DNA of 64,000 bases. Origin: Trueperaceae bacterium. Lineage in GTDB: Bacteria > Deinococcota > Deinococci > Deinococcales > Trueperaceae. The position numbers and the translations under genes were made by a program. Positions within the stretch are counted from its first letter, which is position 1; every line of letters begins with the position of its first letter. The notes under the pieces were generated by a model that saw only the letters and a list, made by a program, of their open reading frames with translations, ran no database searches and was not told the DNA's origin. Below are positions 28,505 to 37,911 of this stretch, piece after piece. Where the stretch lies: contig OZ243956.1 of NCBI GenBank assembly GCA_965214405.1, positions 4,384,001 to 4,448,000 on the forward strand, in the 5' to 3' direction.

Positions 28505-29197
28505 CTAAGCAGCTTTTTCATAGAGTAGAGCTCCCTCTATTAACTGAGGTTCGATGTCGTAATCTAAAGCTAGCTCTTGAATTGTTTCGCCGCTATTGAA
28601 GCGATTAGCAATTGTGCCTGTAAATATAGCTGTGCCCGTGATGGTTGGTCTGCCAAATGATACGCGCGGGTTTATCTCTACAGGGCGCTGGCTTCTATCA
28701 ATGGCGATGTCAATCACCGGGAATAACTTGGTGGGATTGAACTTTTCATCTCTCTCTACCCTTTGAAGGTAAAATTTCAAGATTTCTTTCAGAGCAAACT
28801 GACCTTGCCGCTTCAAGCTCAGCAATTTGCCGTAATGCTCTATAAAAACCTCACCTTTGTGAGTGCTGAGATCATCACTTAATAAAAGGCGTTCTATACC
28901 AAGGTCATGCCTGGCATATTCTAGAGCCGTGCGCACATCTTGCAGCCTAACTTTATTAATGCTGCGCAGGGCGTCTAACGTGTGAAGTTCGACCAGATTC
29001 AGGAAGGATAACCCTCCTTCTGGCACTACAGAAAGGAGGGGCTCAAATTGCCTTTGCTCCCCTTTCCGCGTGTAAGTCCCTCCCTGCGCCCAATATCTTA
29101 CGGTTGTGGTAGGGACGTGTAAGTAGTTCGACGCCTCAGTGTAGCCATATAGAGGCATCTTCAATGGGTCTAATCCTCCATAAATGTCAACAGCCAT
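28505..29197 (-). CDS. VapB45-like antitoxin (HTH + DUF433)
   Basis: YGYTEASNYLHVPTTTVRYW, LSFLNLVELH, INPRVSFGRP. Confidence 0.85.
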   Translation of the reverse strand: MAVDIYGGLDPLKMPLYGYTEASNYLHVPTTTVRYWAQGGTYTRKGEQRQFEPLLSVVPEGGLSFLNLVELHTLDALRSINKVRLQDVRTALEYARHDLGIERLLLSDDLSTHKGEVFIEHYGKLLSLKRQGQFALKEILKFYLQRVERDEKFNPTKLFPVIDIAIDRSQRPVEINPRVSFGRPTITGTAIFTGTIANRFNSGETIQELALDYDIEPQLIEGALLYEKAA

Positions 29198-29477
29198 GAA
29201 GCGCCTCCCTTCTCACCTCTGTCGTTCAGTGTAGCATTTTTGTAAAGGATATGCTGCACTACCAAACTTTATTTTTGCCCGTTTTGCAGATCTTTGCCTC
29301 GGTTTTCTGACGTAGATTGTTTAACTGTTTAGCGGGTGTTCAGACCGTTTCTGTTCTGAGTTGGGTTAAGACATGCGTAACAGTCCGCTTGCGAAACCTG
29401 CCGGGTAGTCCGCTAAAAGTTCAATCTCTCCGGCAGTCGGTGACGCGTGCGGCGCCGCTGCGGTATGCTCTCTCCAG

Positions 29478-30482
29478 ATGCTCCTGCGACTTGACCCCTG
29501 GGCGACGGAATACAACACCGCCTATCACGCTGATGTGGTTTCTGAAACCAAGACGACGGTAGATGTCGCCATTGAAATGCCCCTCGAGGACTGGCGTCCG
29601 CTCGAGCCCCCCCCTCCCAAACCCCACTGGCGCGACCTGCTCTTCTTAGACGGCTCCCGCCGCGTCGAGGCGCGGGTGCTGCTAGAAGACGAGCAACGTC
29701 AGGTCGCCTTTGGCGCATTGGGAACTTACGGCGTGGGCGTCGTGTCGTGCTGCTGCGAAGGGAGCCGCCCCGCGCGTTTTGAGGAGCCGGAAAGTTTGTG
29801 GCTCATTGAGCGAATCTGCGCGCTCTCGGCGGGGCAAACTATCGAACAGTTCGTGGTCGAGGCGCTTTTCCCCTGTCTCGGCCCCCTATGCTACGAGGTG
29901 AGGACCACCAGCGAACGCGACGCGGACGCGGTGGTGCGCAAGCTCCAGGTTGAGATGCGCGACGCCGAGGGACGCTTGGCCGCCACGCTCCTGGAAAGTT
30001 ACCCGGACGCGCTCATCATCTGCGACGGCCCTCGGCCCTTTCTGGGCGACGAGCCCAACGTCATCGGCTACGTGAAAACGATTCATGACCCCAGGGTAGG
30101 GCCGCGCGAACTAGAGGTCGTCCGCGCCCTCGCCCAAGGCCAGCGTTCGCCCCTTTATGTGGTCGGCGGCGAGCCCGAGCGCGCTTATTTCGAGTGGTTC
30201 TTTAGGCTCCGCGACCCCAACCCGTGGCTCTACAGCCTTGCCGGAATGGTGCGCCTGCAAGCCTACGCCGGACCCGACCCGGCGGCGCGCTTAGGGGAGG
30301 TGCAGCACCTGGCCGACTGGCTTTGCCACGCCCTGCCGCGCTTCGCCAGCCGCCAGCACCAGGACCCGCGCGCGCCGCAGCAACTTCTACCCGTGCGGGC
30401 GCTCGAGGGCGAGCTAGGCCGCCGCATGGGCCACGCGCAGATTGTGCGGCGGCGGATTATGCAGCATTTGGCAAGGCAGTAG
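29478..30482 (+). CDS. nurA: NurA-family DNA double-strand-break repair nuclease
   Basis: RLDPW, FLDGSRRVEA, CDGP, GYVKT, DPRAPQQL; directly upstream of herA. Confidence 0.85.
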   Translation: MLLRLDPWATEYNTAYHADVVSETKTTVDVAIEMPLEDWRPLEPPPPKPHWRDLLFLDGSRRVEARVLLEDEQRQVAFGALGTYGVGVVSCCCEGSRPARFEEPESLWLIERICALSAGQTIEQFVVEALFPCLGPLCYEVRTTSERDADAVVRKLQVEMRDAEGRLAATLLESYPDALIICDGPRPFLGDEPNVIGYVKTIHDPRVGPRELEVVRALAQGQRSPLYVVGGEPERAYFEWFFRLRDPNPWLYSLAGMVRLQAYAGPDPAARLGEVQHLADWLCHALPRFASRQHQDPRAPQQLLPVRALEGELGRRMGHAQIVRRRIMQHLARQ

Positions 30483-30525
30483 TGAGTGGTGAGTGATTAG
30501 TGGTTAGTGTTCAGGAGGTAGTGGG

Positions 30526-32388
30526 TTGATGCGTGGGCTCGAGCAGACCATCGGGATGGTTTTGGGGACGGAAGACGCGACGCCGTTGCAGTTTTGGTTC
30601 GCGGTCACGGACGGGGTCAAGGTGCAGCTTGACGACGTGATTGCGGTCGAGGTGGCGGACCCCGAGCGGGCGGGCGACGCGGTGCGTTTTTACGGCGTGG
30701 TGGACGCGGTGCGCCGCCGGTTTGAGGGGGTGCAGTTCGACGGGGACACCGCGCTCGTGGCCGAGGGGCTGATGCCCGCCAACGTCGCCTACGCCGCGCA
30801 CGTGCTGGTTACGCGGGTCGAGCCCGAAGACTTTATCCCGCCGGGACCCGGCGACGCGGTCTTTATGGCGGCGGGCGAGGCGTTGGACAAGGCTTTGTAC
30901 CTCGACAACATGGACGCGCCGCTGCCCGCGGGCGTCTTGCGCAACGGCGAGCCCGGCTTTATCAACTACGACTTTATCAGCGGCCAGAAGGGCGCGCACA
31001 TCAACATCTCGGGCATCTCGGGCATCGCCACCAAAACGTCGTACGCGCTCTTTTTGCTCTACAGCATCTTTAACGCCTCGCACCGCGACACCAAACGGCG
31101 GCTCGTGGGAACGGGCGAGACCAAGGCGATTATTTTCAACGTCAAGGGCGAGGACCTGCTCTTTTTGGACAAACCTAACAACCGCTTCCAAGCCGAAGAG
31201 GAGAAGTGGCGAACAAAGCGCCGGAGCGAGCGCAACCGCTTCGAGGTCTGCGACCTGCCCGCGGGCGCATTCGAGAGTGTCGCGCTGCACGCGCCCGCGC
31301 GCGAGGGCTCGAGCGTGATGGCCGACGTGACCACCCGCGAGGGCGTGAGCCCTTACCTCTGGACCCTGCGCGACTTCGCCGCCGAGCGGATGCTTCCCTT
31401 TGTGCTGGCTGACCGCGACGCGATGACCAACCTTGGCTTTCTGGTGAGCCACTTGGAAGAACGCTTAGCCAAACTCGCCGAGGGGCAGCGGGGGCCGGGG
31501 CTCGAGGTCGAGCGTTTCAGCCACCTCACCAACCCGGATGGGGCCGCGTTAGAAGACCTCACCCCCATCACCGCCGAGGACTTCATGGCCCCCGAGCGCC
31601 GCCGCGAGCTGCGCGGCGATACGGAGCGCCTGACAAGTTTCGACGATTTGGTGAGTTTCCTGGAGTTCAAGCTGCTCTTGGAAGGTGCCGACGATACCGA
31701 CGGCAGCAAAGGCGGTGACCGCCGCTGGACCGCCAACCAAGCCAAGGCCACCCGCGAGGCCTTCATCCGCCGCCTCCGCGGGGCCGCCAAACACGTCCGC
31801 CGCCTCGTCCGCGGCGATTTGTCCAAAGCCGAAATCGCCCGCAGCAGGCTCGATATCTTAGACTCTCCCAAACAAGTTCACGTCGTGGACATCCACCAGC
31901 TCGCCCCGCTCGCCCAGATGTTCGTCGTCGGCGTGCTCCTCAAGGGCGTTTTTTCTGAGCAGGAAACGCGCCGCCGCGGTCAAACCTTTATTGTGCTGGA
32001 CGAACTGAACAAATACGCTCCCGCCGAGGGCGACTCGCCCATCAAAGACGTGCTCCTAGACATCGCCGAGCGCGGGCGCAGCTTAGGCATCGTACTGATT
32101 GGCGCGCAGCAGACCGCCTCCGAAGTAGAGCGCCGCATCGTCTCCAACGCCGCCGTGCGCGTCGTGGGCCGCCTAGACGCCGCCGAGGCCGAAAGGAGCG
32201 AGTACCGCTTCATGCCCGCCTCGTTTAGATTACGCGCGACCATCTTAGCCCCCGGCACCATGATCGTCCACCAGCCCGACGTGCCGAGCCCGATGATGCT
32301 GCATTTTCCTTTTCCGGCCTGGGCTACGCGTAAGAAAGAGGTGGAGGAGGAGGTGAGTGATGAGGCGGCGTTGGATATTTTGGGGTAA
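30526..32388 (+). CDS. herA: HerA-family ATPase
   Basis: HINISGISGIATKTSY, FNVKGEDL, LDELNKYAP, ERGRSLG, GAQQ. Confidence 0.9.
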   Translation: MMRGLEQTIGMVLGTEDATPLQFWFAVTDGVKVQLDDVIAVEVADPERAGDAVRFYGVVDAVRRRFEGVQFDGDTALVAEGLMPANVAYAAHVLVTRVEPEDFIPPGPGDAVFMAAGEALDKALYLDNMDAPLPAGVLRNGEPGFINYDFISGQKGAHINISGISGIATKTSYALFLLYSIFNASHRDTKRRLVGTGETKAIIFNVKGEDLLFLDKPNNRFQAEEEKWRTKRRSERNRFEVCDLPAGAFESVALHAPAREGSSVMADVTTREGVSPYLWTLRDFAAERMLPFVLADRDAMTNLGFLVSHLEERLAKLAEGQRGPGLEVERFSHLTNPDGAALEDLTPITAEDFMAPERRRELRGDTERLTSFDDLVSFLEFKLLLEGADDTDGSKGGDRRWTANQAKATREAFIRRLRGAAKHVRRLVRGDLSKAEIARSRLDILDSPKQVHVVDIHQLAPLAQMFVVGVLLKGVFSEQETRRRGQTFIVLDELNKYAPAEGDSPIKDVLLDIAERGRSLGIVLIGAQQTASEVERRIVSNAAVRVVGRLDAAEAERSEYRFMPASFRLRATILAPGTMIVHQPDVPSPMMLHFPFPAWATRKKEVEEEVSDEAALDILG

Positions 32389-32432
32389 GGTTATGCGCGA
32401 AGCGTTCCTTTGATTCTGATAAGATTTGGTTG

Positions 32433-32552
32433 ATGATGAGAGTCGCACTTATTTTCATCTCCTTTCTTTTGCTTTTGGGATTTTTTGGCCCCGAGCACAC
32501 AAAATACATGGAGGAGAGGGAAGACTATGGTGACTTCAAAGTTGTAGCTATT
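32433..32552 (+). pseudogene. 5' part of a small signal-peptide/TM gene abutting the IS
   Basis: MMRVALIFISFLLLLGFFGPEHTKYMEEREDYGDFKVVAI runs into the IS end; TAAGAT 7 nt before ATG. Confidence 0.4.
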
Positions 32553-32553
32553 G

Positions 32554-33613
32554 GAGGGGTGAGCGCATACTCACCTGAGGGCATACAGGGTGGCCTTGAG
32601 CTGTAGGGGCGGCCTGTTCAAGAGCAGATTGAGCTTAACCAGGAGGAGATAGGCGAGCGTAGCGAGCATCGCTAGAGCGCGCACGTTGGCTAGACCCTTA
32701 AGGGGCAGATGCTCAAGGTCAAAGAGGTCCTTGAGTTGTCCTTGGTAAGGCTCAACGGTTGTCTTGCGCAAGCAGTAAACGTCTCTCGCCTCAGGAGAGT
32801 AGAACAGCTCGGCTCTTTCTCGTCTTTCCGGCGGCGTGTTTTTCTTGACCTTGATAGGTGCGAGCAGCGTCACTTCCTTAGCGTCAGTCACTTTGTAGCA
32901 AGCCTCGTCGTCATAGCCTGAGTCGGCCAGAACAAGTTCAGTCGCTTCAGGTATGTGAGGGGCAAACACAGTTCTGAATACAAAAGCGTCTTTGACATTG
33001 GCAGGCTCGACCTGTACGTCATAAGGCAAACTTAAGCCGTAGGGGCCGCAACTCATGAGGCTGTGCAGGCGGTAGCCAAAGACCCACTCGCCTGCGCCGC
33101 TTACGCCCCAGTGGGCTTCCGTGTCGATGTTGCCGCACGAGGGCAGCTCGCCCTTGTCCCGCTGTTTCTTATGCCAGACGTTGCCGTGCGCGTGCATCAG
33201 TGACGAGTCAACGCTCATGATGCTCTCGTCGCTACACTCTTCGTCTACAAAGTGCTGATGTAAGCCCCGCAAGGCCACCCGGATTGCCTCGGGCATAGCT
33301 CTAAAACGTTTGCCTAAAGTTGTCCTATGAGGGGGGAAAACTGAGGCCGACGAGCCTCAGAACGTCGGGACGCTCTTCGAGATGACGCCGCAACGTCTTG
33401 AAGCCGCTGATGTTGTGAATCAGGCCGTACAAAAAAGGCTTCATCATGCTCTTGTCGCTGTAGACGTAGGGGTAACATGGTTCGGGCAAGGCGAGTTCGT
33501 CAACTTGGGCAAGAAAACTCTCGATGTTTAGCGGTATCATCAGCCCAGCCTCCTGCTCTGAAGTCTTCACGCCTCAGTGTATAGGAGGCTCTTCGTTTAT
33601 GCGCTCACTCCTC
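32554..33613 (-). mobile_element. Insertion sequence with a DDE_Tnp_1-type (IS4/IS5/IS982-like) transposase
   Basis: Terminal IRs match at 15/16: GAGGGGTGAGCGCATA (32554-32569) vs reverse complement of 33598-33613, GAGGAGTGAGCGCATA. Confidence 0.85.
32571..33570 (-). CDS. Transposase split into two frames at TTTTCCCCCC (33331-33340)
   Basis: ORF 33325..33570 plus the +1 frame PHRTTLGKRF...VDSS...GYRLH...ADSGYD...RKTTVE (DDE). Confidence 0.75.
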
Positions 33614-33701
33614 ATTTAGTTTAGAAGATAATTCACAACCGAATCTCGCTCAAACCTGCGCTTTTCCTGTTATGGCGTACACTACGTAAAGGAGGTACAG
33701 C

Positions 33702-34709
33702 ATGACGTTGGCTGTTCTTGTGGGTATTGCCCTTATCGTTGGGGGCGTGGTGCTTATTGTGCAGGGAATTCAGGGGCAACGGGGGCGGGTGCGAAGTTTG
33801 GGCGGGGCGCTGGTGATTGCGGGCGCGGCGGTGGCGCTCCTCGCATCGTCTTTCGTGGTGGTGCCCGCGGGCACCGTCGGGGTGGTGTTTAACATCGTCG
33901 GGGGCGTGCAGCAAAACGAGCTCGGCGAGGGCGTTCACCTGGTGCTGCCGGTGTTGCAGCAGGTCACGCTCTACGAAGCGCGCCAGCAAGAACTCACCTT
34001 AGCGAGCGAAACGAACGACGAGATTTCGGCGCGCTCCTCAGAGGGTCTGGAAATTACCATCGACGTGACCGTCCTCTATCAGGTCGTGCGCGACAGCGCG
34101 GCGGCTTTGCACCAGGATATCGGACCGTCTTATGAGGACATCCGCATCCGCCCCGAGGTGCGCTCGCAAATCCGCGACGGCATTTCCGAGTACCGCGCGG
34201 CGGACCTCATCAGCACGCAGCGCGCCGAGCTGCAAAAGCGCATCGAGGACAGCCTCATCACCGCGCTGGGCGAGGACAACATCAGCGTGCTGAGCGTGCT
34301 CTTACGCGACGTGCGTATTCCCGAATCCATCACCCAGGCCATCGAAGAGAAGCAGGCCGCCGAGCAGCAGGTCGCGGTCGAGGAGAACAGGCGGCGTCAG
34401 GCGGAAATCGCCGCGCAGCGCGCCGTGGTCGAGGCGACGGGCGCGCGCGACGCCGCCATCGCGCGCGCCGAGGGCGAGGCGCAGGCGCTGAGTTTGCGCG
34501 GCGCGGCCATCCGCGAAAACCCTGAGATCATTCAGCTCGAGGTCGCCCAGAAACTCGCCCCGTCGCTCCAAACCATTATGCTGCCCTCCGAAGGAAACTT
34601 TCTGCTCGACGTGCGCGGCTTGACCAACCCGCAAACCGCCTCAACGCCCGCGCAGGTACCCGCACAAGCGCCCGCAGCAGCGCCCGCGGCGCCGGTCGGA
34701 AGTAATTGA
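33702..34709 (+). CDS. SPFH/prohibitin (band 7) membrane protein
   Basis: VVVPAGTVGVVFN, LGEGVH, LLRDVRIP, AIEEKQAAEQ; AAGGAGG RBS. Confidence 0.9.
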   Translation: MTLAVLVGIALIVGGVVLIVQGIQGQRGRVRSLGGALVIAGAAVALLASSFVVVPAGTVGVVFNIVGGVQQNELGEGVHLVLPVLQQVTLYEARQQELTLASETNDEISARSSEGLEITIDVTVLYQVVRDSAAALHQDIGPSYEDIRIRPEVRSQIRDGISEYRAADLISTQRAELQKRIEDSLITALGEDNISVLSVLLRDVRIPESITQAIEEKQAAEQQVAVEENRRRQAEIAAQRAVVEATGARDAAIARAEGEAQALSLRGAAIRENPEIIQLEVAQKLAPSLQTIMLPSEGNFLLDVRGLTNPQTASTPAQVPAQAPAAAPAAPVGSN

Positions 34710-34730
34710 CGAAGTGACTAGGGGTAGGGG

Positions 34731-35266
34731 ATGGCTAAGGTTGAGTTTCCGAGGGGCCGCGTGAGCTTGAGGGAGACGACTCGAGCCGACCTGTCTTTCG
34801 TTATGGCAACCGAGGCGGAGGCCAAACGAGGGGGTTTTGTGGGTGGCGACGCGGAGGAGACGCACAGGAGGAGACGCACAAACAGTATCTTAGCGACCCC
34901 GACGCGCGGCAGGTTCAGGGGGAGGATGAACGCGCGCTCGGTTACGCCATCCTGCGCGGTCTCACAAACCCCAACCGCAGTTTGGAACTCAAGCGCCTCA
35001 CCCTCGCCGAGACGGGCGGGGGCTACGGGCGCGAGACCCTGCGCCTCATCAAGAAGACTGCCTTTGAAGCGTTTGGCGCGCACCGGCTATGGCTGGACGT
35101 GTACACGCACAACTCGAGAGCGCAACACGTCTACCTCACAGAGGGTTTCGTCGTCGAGGGGACGCTGCGCGAATGTGTCCTTTTGGGAGACACGTACGCG
35201 TCGCTCGAGGTGATGTCGGTGCTCGAGGAGGAGTGGAGGCTAACTGCTGGCGGGCGTCGGGCTTGA
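34731..35266 (+). pseudogene. GNAT acetyltransferase frameshifted by a 14-bp tandem duplication
   Basis: GGAGGAGACGCACA x2 at 34853-34880. Removing one copy joins ...AEETHKQYLSDPD...LELKRL...GAHRLWLDV...EGF in one frame. Confidence 0.85.
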
Positions 35267-35312
35267 GTTCTGGTCTGCGGCTTTATCAAAAGGGGGAAGC
35301 CGCAGATCGGCG

Positions 35313-36284
35313 CTACCGCCAGCTCAGCGGGCCGTTGACGGTCTCGTTGGCGCTAAGGATGGGCGTCAGCTCGGCGGCGTAACTCTCACCCGTTTCGAGG
35401 TTGGTGAAGAAAAGGCCGGGGTAGTAGTAGTCGTTTTGCGGCACCGCGAGGTAAGCGATGGTGCCGCCGTCGGGAGACCAGGCCGGGTATCTTAGCCAGG
35501 CGTCGCCGTAGATGAGTTCTCTTATGTCGCCGCCGTCAACGTTTATAGACCAAATCCCCTGGTTGAACTCGAAAGCGATACGCGTTCCCGAGGGGTCTAC
35601 CGCAGGATTTCTGGTTCTACCCACCAGACGGTCACCGTCCAAGCTGGTTAGGTTCTCTAAATTCTCGTCCGTCACGTAAAGCCCCTCACCCGAGAGGATC
35701 AAGCGGCCGTCGGGCAACCACTCCGGTTCGGTCAGGTCGTCAAAGCTTGCTAGCAGGGTGTGGTCGGTAGTATCAAAAACGAGAGTTTGGTATTCATTTT
35801 CGAAGTCGACATAGGCGCGCGCCTCGACCGCGACCTTGGTCCCGTCGGGGGAAAGCCTCGAGAATTCATAGTCGGTGGGGGAGGCCCCAGGGTTCTCGAT
35901 CTCGGAGCTGCAAGGGGTGATCTGGACCGGCAGCCCGCTCTCGTCAACGCGCACGATGCGGCTCATCCTTGAACCGCAGGCTTGAGCGTAGATAACGTCA
36001 CCGCTCGAGTGACGCCAGGGGTACTTGCCGTCGGAAACTCGCCTCAGAGTCCCCTCCGCCAGGTCTATCTCGACCACGCCCAGATGCGACACGTTTACGT
36101 CAAGCCAGTCGTATTCATCGAGCGTTATAACGCCCGAGAAGGGGAGCTCTTCCACGGGGACGTTGTATGTATTTGACGCCTCGAAAGGTTGGGCCAGTGC
36201 AAACCCGAAGCTCAGTCCGGCAGCCAAGGCGACCACGTGAAAAAAAGCCGCACGACGTTTTGTTGTTAGCTTTGGTCGGATCAT
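35313..36284 (-). CDS. Secreted TolB-like (PD40) beta-propeller protein
   Basis: Signal peptide ending ALA-Q; LSPDG, WLPDG, VDPSG, PAWSPDG repeats. Confidence 0.8.
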   Translation of the reverse strand: MIRPKLTTKRRAAFFHVVALAAGLSFGFALAQPFEASNTYNVPVEELPFSGVITLDEYDWLDVNVSHLGVVEIDLAEGTLRRVSDGKYPWRHSSGDVIYAQACGSRMSRIVRVDESGLPVQITPCSSEIENPGASPTDYEFSRLSPDGTKVAVEARAYVDFENEYQTLVFDTTDHTLLASFDDLTEPEWLPDGRLILSGEGLYVTDENLENLTSLDGDRLVGRTRNPAVDPSGTRIAFEFNQGIWSINVDGGDIRELIYGDAWLRYPAWSPDGGTIAYLAVPQNDYYYPGLFFTNLETGESYAAELTPILSANETVNGPLSWR

Positions 36285-36473
36285 TACAACTCCATCAGTT
36301 AGAAATTACGGCCCGCTTTTTGCAGGGATGTTTCATGCTCGACTCCAACCCGGATCCGAAGCCTGGCGGGACGCCTCGAGGTGGCGCGAAAAAACGCCTC
36401 ATCTGTTAACCATCGTACTATATTTTGAGATTCGTAATGAGCGGTATTTTCTTTTGTGATAAACACAACCGGG

Positions 36474-36860
36474 TCAGCTTCGCCTGAAGGGAATCTTCCA
36501 GGCAGCGAGCGCCGACTCAAACGCGACCTGCGCGGTGAAGAAGTAAACGTGCGGCTTTGAGTCCACGTCGTGGACTAAAAATTTACAAAGTTCGATATCC
36601 AACAGCTCGACGTTCATCACGTTGTCTTTTGCGTACTCACGAACGCCTCTCAGAGCTTCGGCCTGATAATCCTCTATATCATCACGCGTTTTGTCGGACT
36701 GCCAGAGCGTGTTGCTCACGCGGATAGTTCCGGGCGGCGACGCCGCGAAGCGCAAAACAACCTCGAGCCCGCCTACCATCTCGCTACCCGCGGTTTGCTG
36801 GAGGAGGTAGCTCGAGCCCACCGAGCGCCGCATGTGCGGTAAGTATCTGCGGTCTGACAT
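36474..36860 (-). CDS. Stand-alone protein resembling EF-G domain IV
   Basis: YLLQQTAGSEMVGGLEVVL...LRGVRE...LLDIEL...HDVDSKP...TAQVAFESAL; TATACT 5 nt before ATG 36860. Confidence 0.55.
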   Translation of the reverse strand: MSDRRYLPHMRRSVGSSYLLQQTAGSEMVGGLEVVLRFAASPPGTIRVSNTLWQSDKTRDDIEDYQAEALRGVREYAKDNVMNVELLDIELCKFLVHDVDSKPHVYFFTAQVAFESALAAWKIPFRRS

Positions 36861-36945
36861 GGCGCAGTATAACGTTTTCAATCTTCAAAATTATCTGTGT
36901 TAAAGCTTTTGGAAGGCTCGAGCTTGGCGCGTCATATAGTCACGT

Positions 36946-37773
36946 ATGGTTATTATGAGCGGTTCCTTTTTTAGTATGGACATGGACAAACAAGTGGCGC
37001 GCGTCAGGGCGTTGGAAAAGTTTCCCGTCGTCAACGTTGTCGGAGCCGTTGGTGCAGACCCTCCCGGAGGCGTCAGCATCAACGTTGAGAACCTCCACAT
37101 TATGAGCTTTTCTTTTGCGGCTTGGCTTATCGAGGGTGAGGCGCTTCAAAAACAAGCGCTCAGGGTTGAGCGCATCGTTTCTCTCGAGGCTTTGCGCCGG
37201 TATATGAGCCTGATTCGTCCTTATACCATTATCAAAGTGCGGGCGCGCGTTGATAGGTCAGCGCCGGAGCCGAGGGCTCTTCTCGAGACCCTTGTCGGCG
37301 AAAGTGACCATGCGGAACTAAAGAATTTCCTCACCGAACTTCAAAAACCTGTTACCTACCAGGACGCCGTTTTGGGAACCCTTACGTTAAACAGAAGGGG
37401 AGGCGATTACAGGGCGACGGTAGCGTGGAACGAGGCGAGCGCCGAGTTGTCGCTGGCAGCCGATAAAGTTGACGAACTGGAAAGGTTGCTCCAAACGGCG
37501 CGCGTTCTCTGGGAGAATCAGGGGGCGTGGGAAGAGCGTATGACAAGCTACGCGGCTCGAGAGCTGCTCGAGAACGCCAACGATTGGTCGGAGGAGGACC
37601 CAAACATAACCGCGTCTCAGTTTAGAGAGAGAATGAAAGTGGAGACCATCGTAATTGAAGTGGACGGCTCATTCGCGTTTTTCTACAACGACGGGGATTT
37701 GTTTCTTGGACACGTGATTATCATGACCGGTACGTTGGCCGAAGGTCCCACCGACGCTTCTATCGCAGGCTAA
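36946..37773 (+). CDS. DUF2262-like protein
   Basis: D.VLGTLTLNR, LLENANDWSEE, IT..QF.ERM, FFYNDGDLFLGHVI. Start uncertain. Confidence 0.75.
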   Translation: MVIMSGSFFSMDMDKQVARVRALEKFPVVNVVGAVGADPPGGVSINVENLHIMSFSFAAWLIEGEALQKQALRVERIVSLEALRRYMSLIRPYTIIKVRARVDRSAPEPRALLETLVGESDHAELKNFLTELQKPVTYQDAVLGTLTLNRRGGDYRATVAWNEASAELSLAADKVDELERLLQTARVLWENQGAWEERMTSYAARELLENANDWSEEDPNITASQFRERMKVETIVIEVDGSFAFFYNDGDLFLGHVIIMTGTLAEGPTDASIAG

Positions 37774-37911
37774 TGATTGGGTAACCAGGCGCGACCGCGG
37801 GTTCCGAACGTTCAAAAACCGGAGAGGGCAAAGGTGGGAGACTCGAGCGCATGTTCCTCAAAATCGTTGCCCATAAAGTTCTTTTCTCTCGAGCCCAAAG
37901 GGTTGACGCGG

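Noticed and set aside
25495..29320. DdrO/RDRM radiation-response boxes in intergenic gaps
   Set aside because: Candidates near 25510, 27880 and 29300 deviate too far from the 17-bp palindrome to call by eye.
29316..29425. Integron attC site
   Set aside because: GTTTAAC is present but the partner box does not fit RYYYAAC/GTTRRRY. There are no repeated sites and no intI.
29478..32388. HerA-based anti-phage system
   Set aside because: The partner is NurA in the housekeeping DSB-repair arrangement known from Deinococcus and Thermus. Composition is core-like and there is no Sir2 or other effector.
36299..36520. 73-aa ORF downstream of the EF-G-IV-like gene
   Set aside because: It overlaps the upstream gene and has no RBS, -10 box or recognisable motif.
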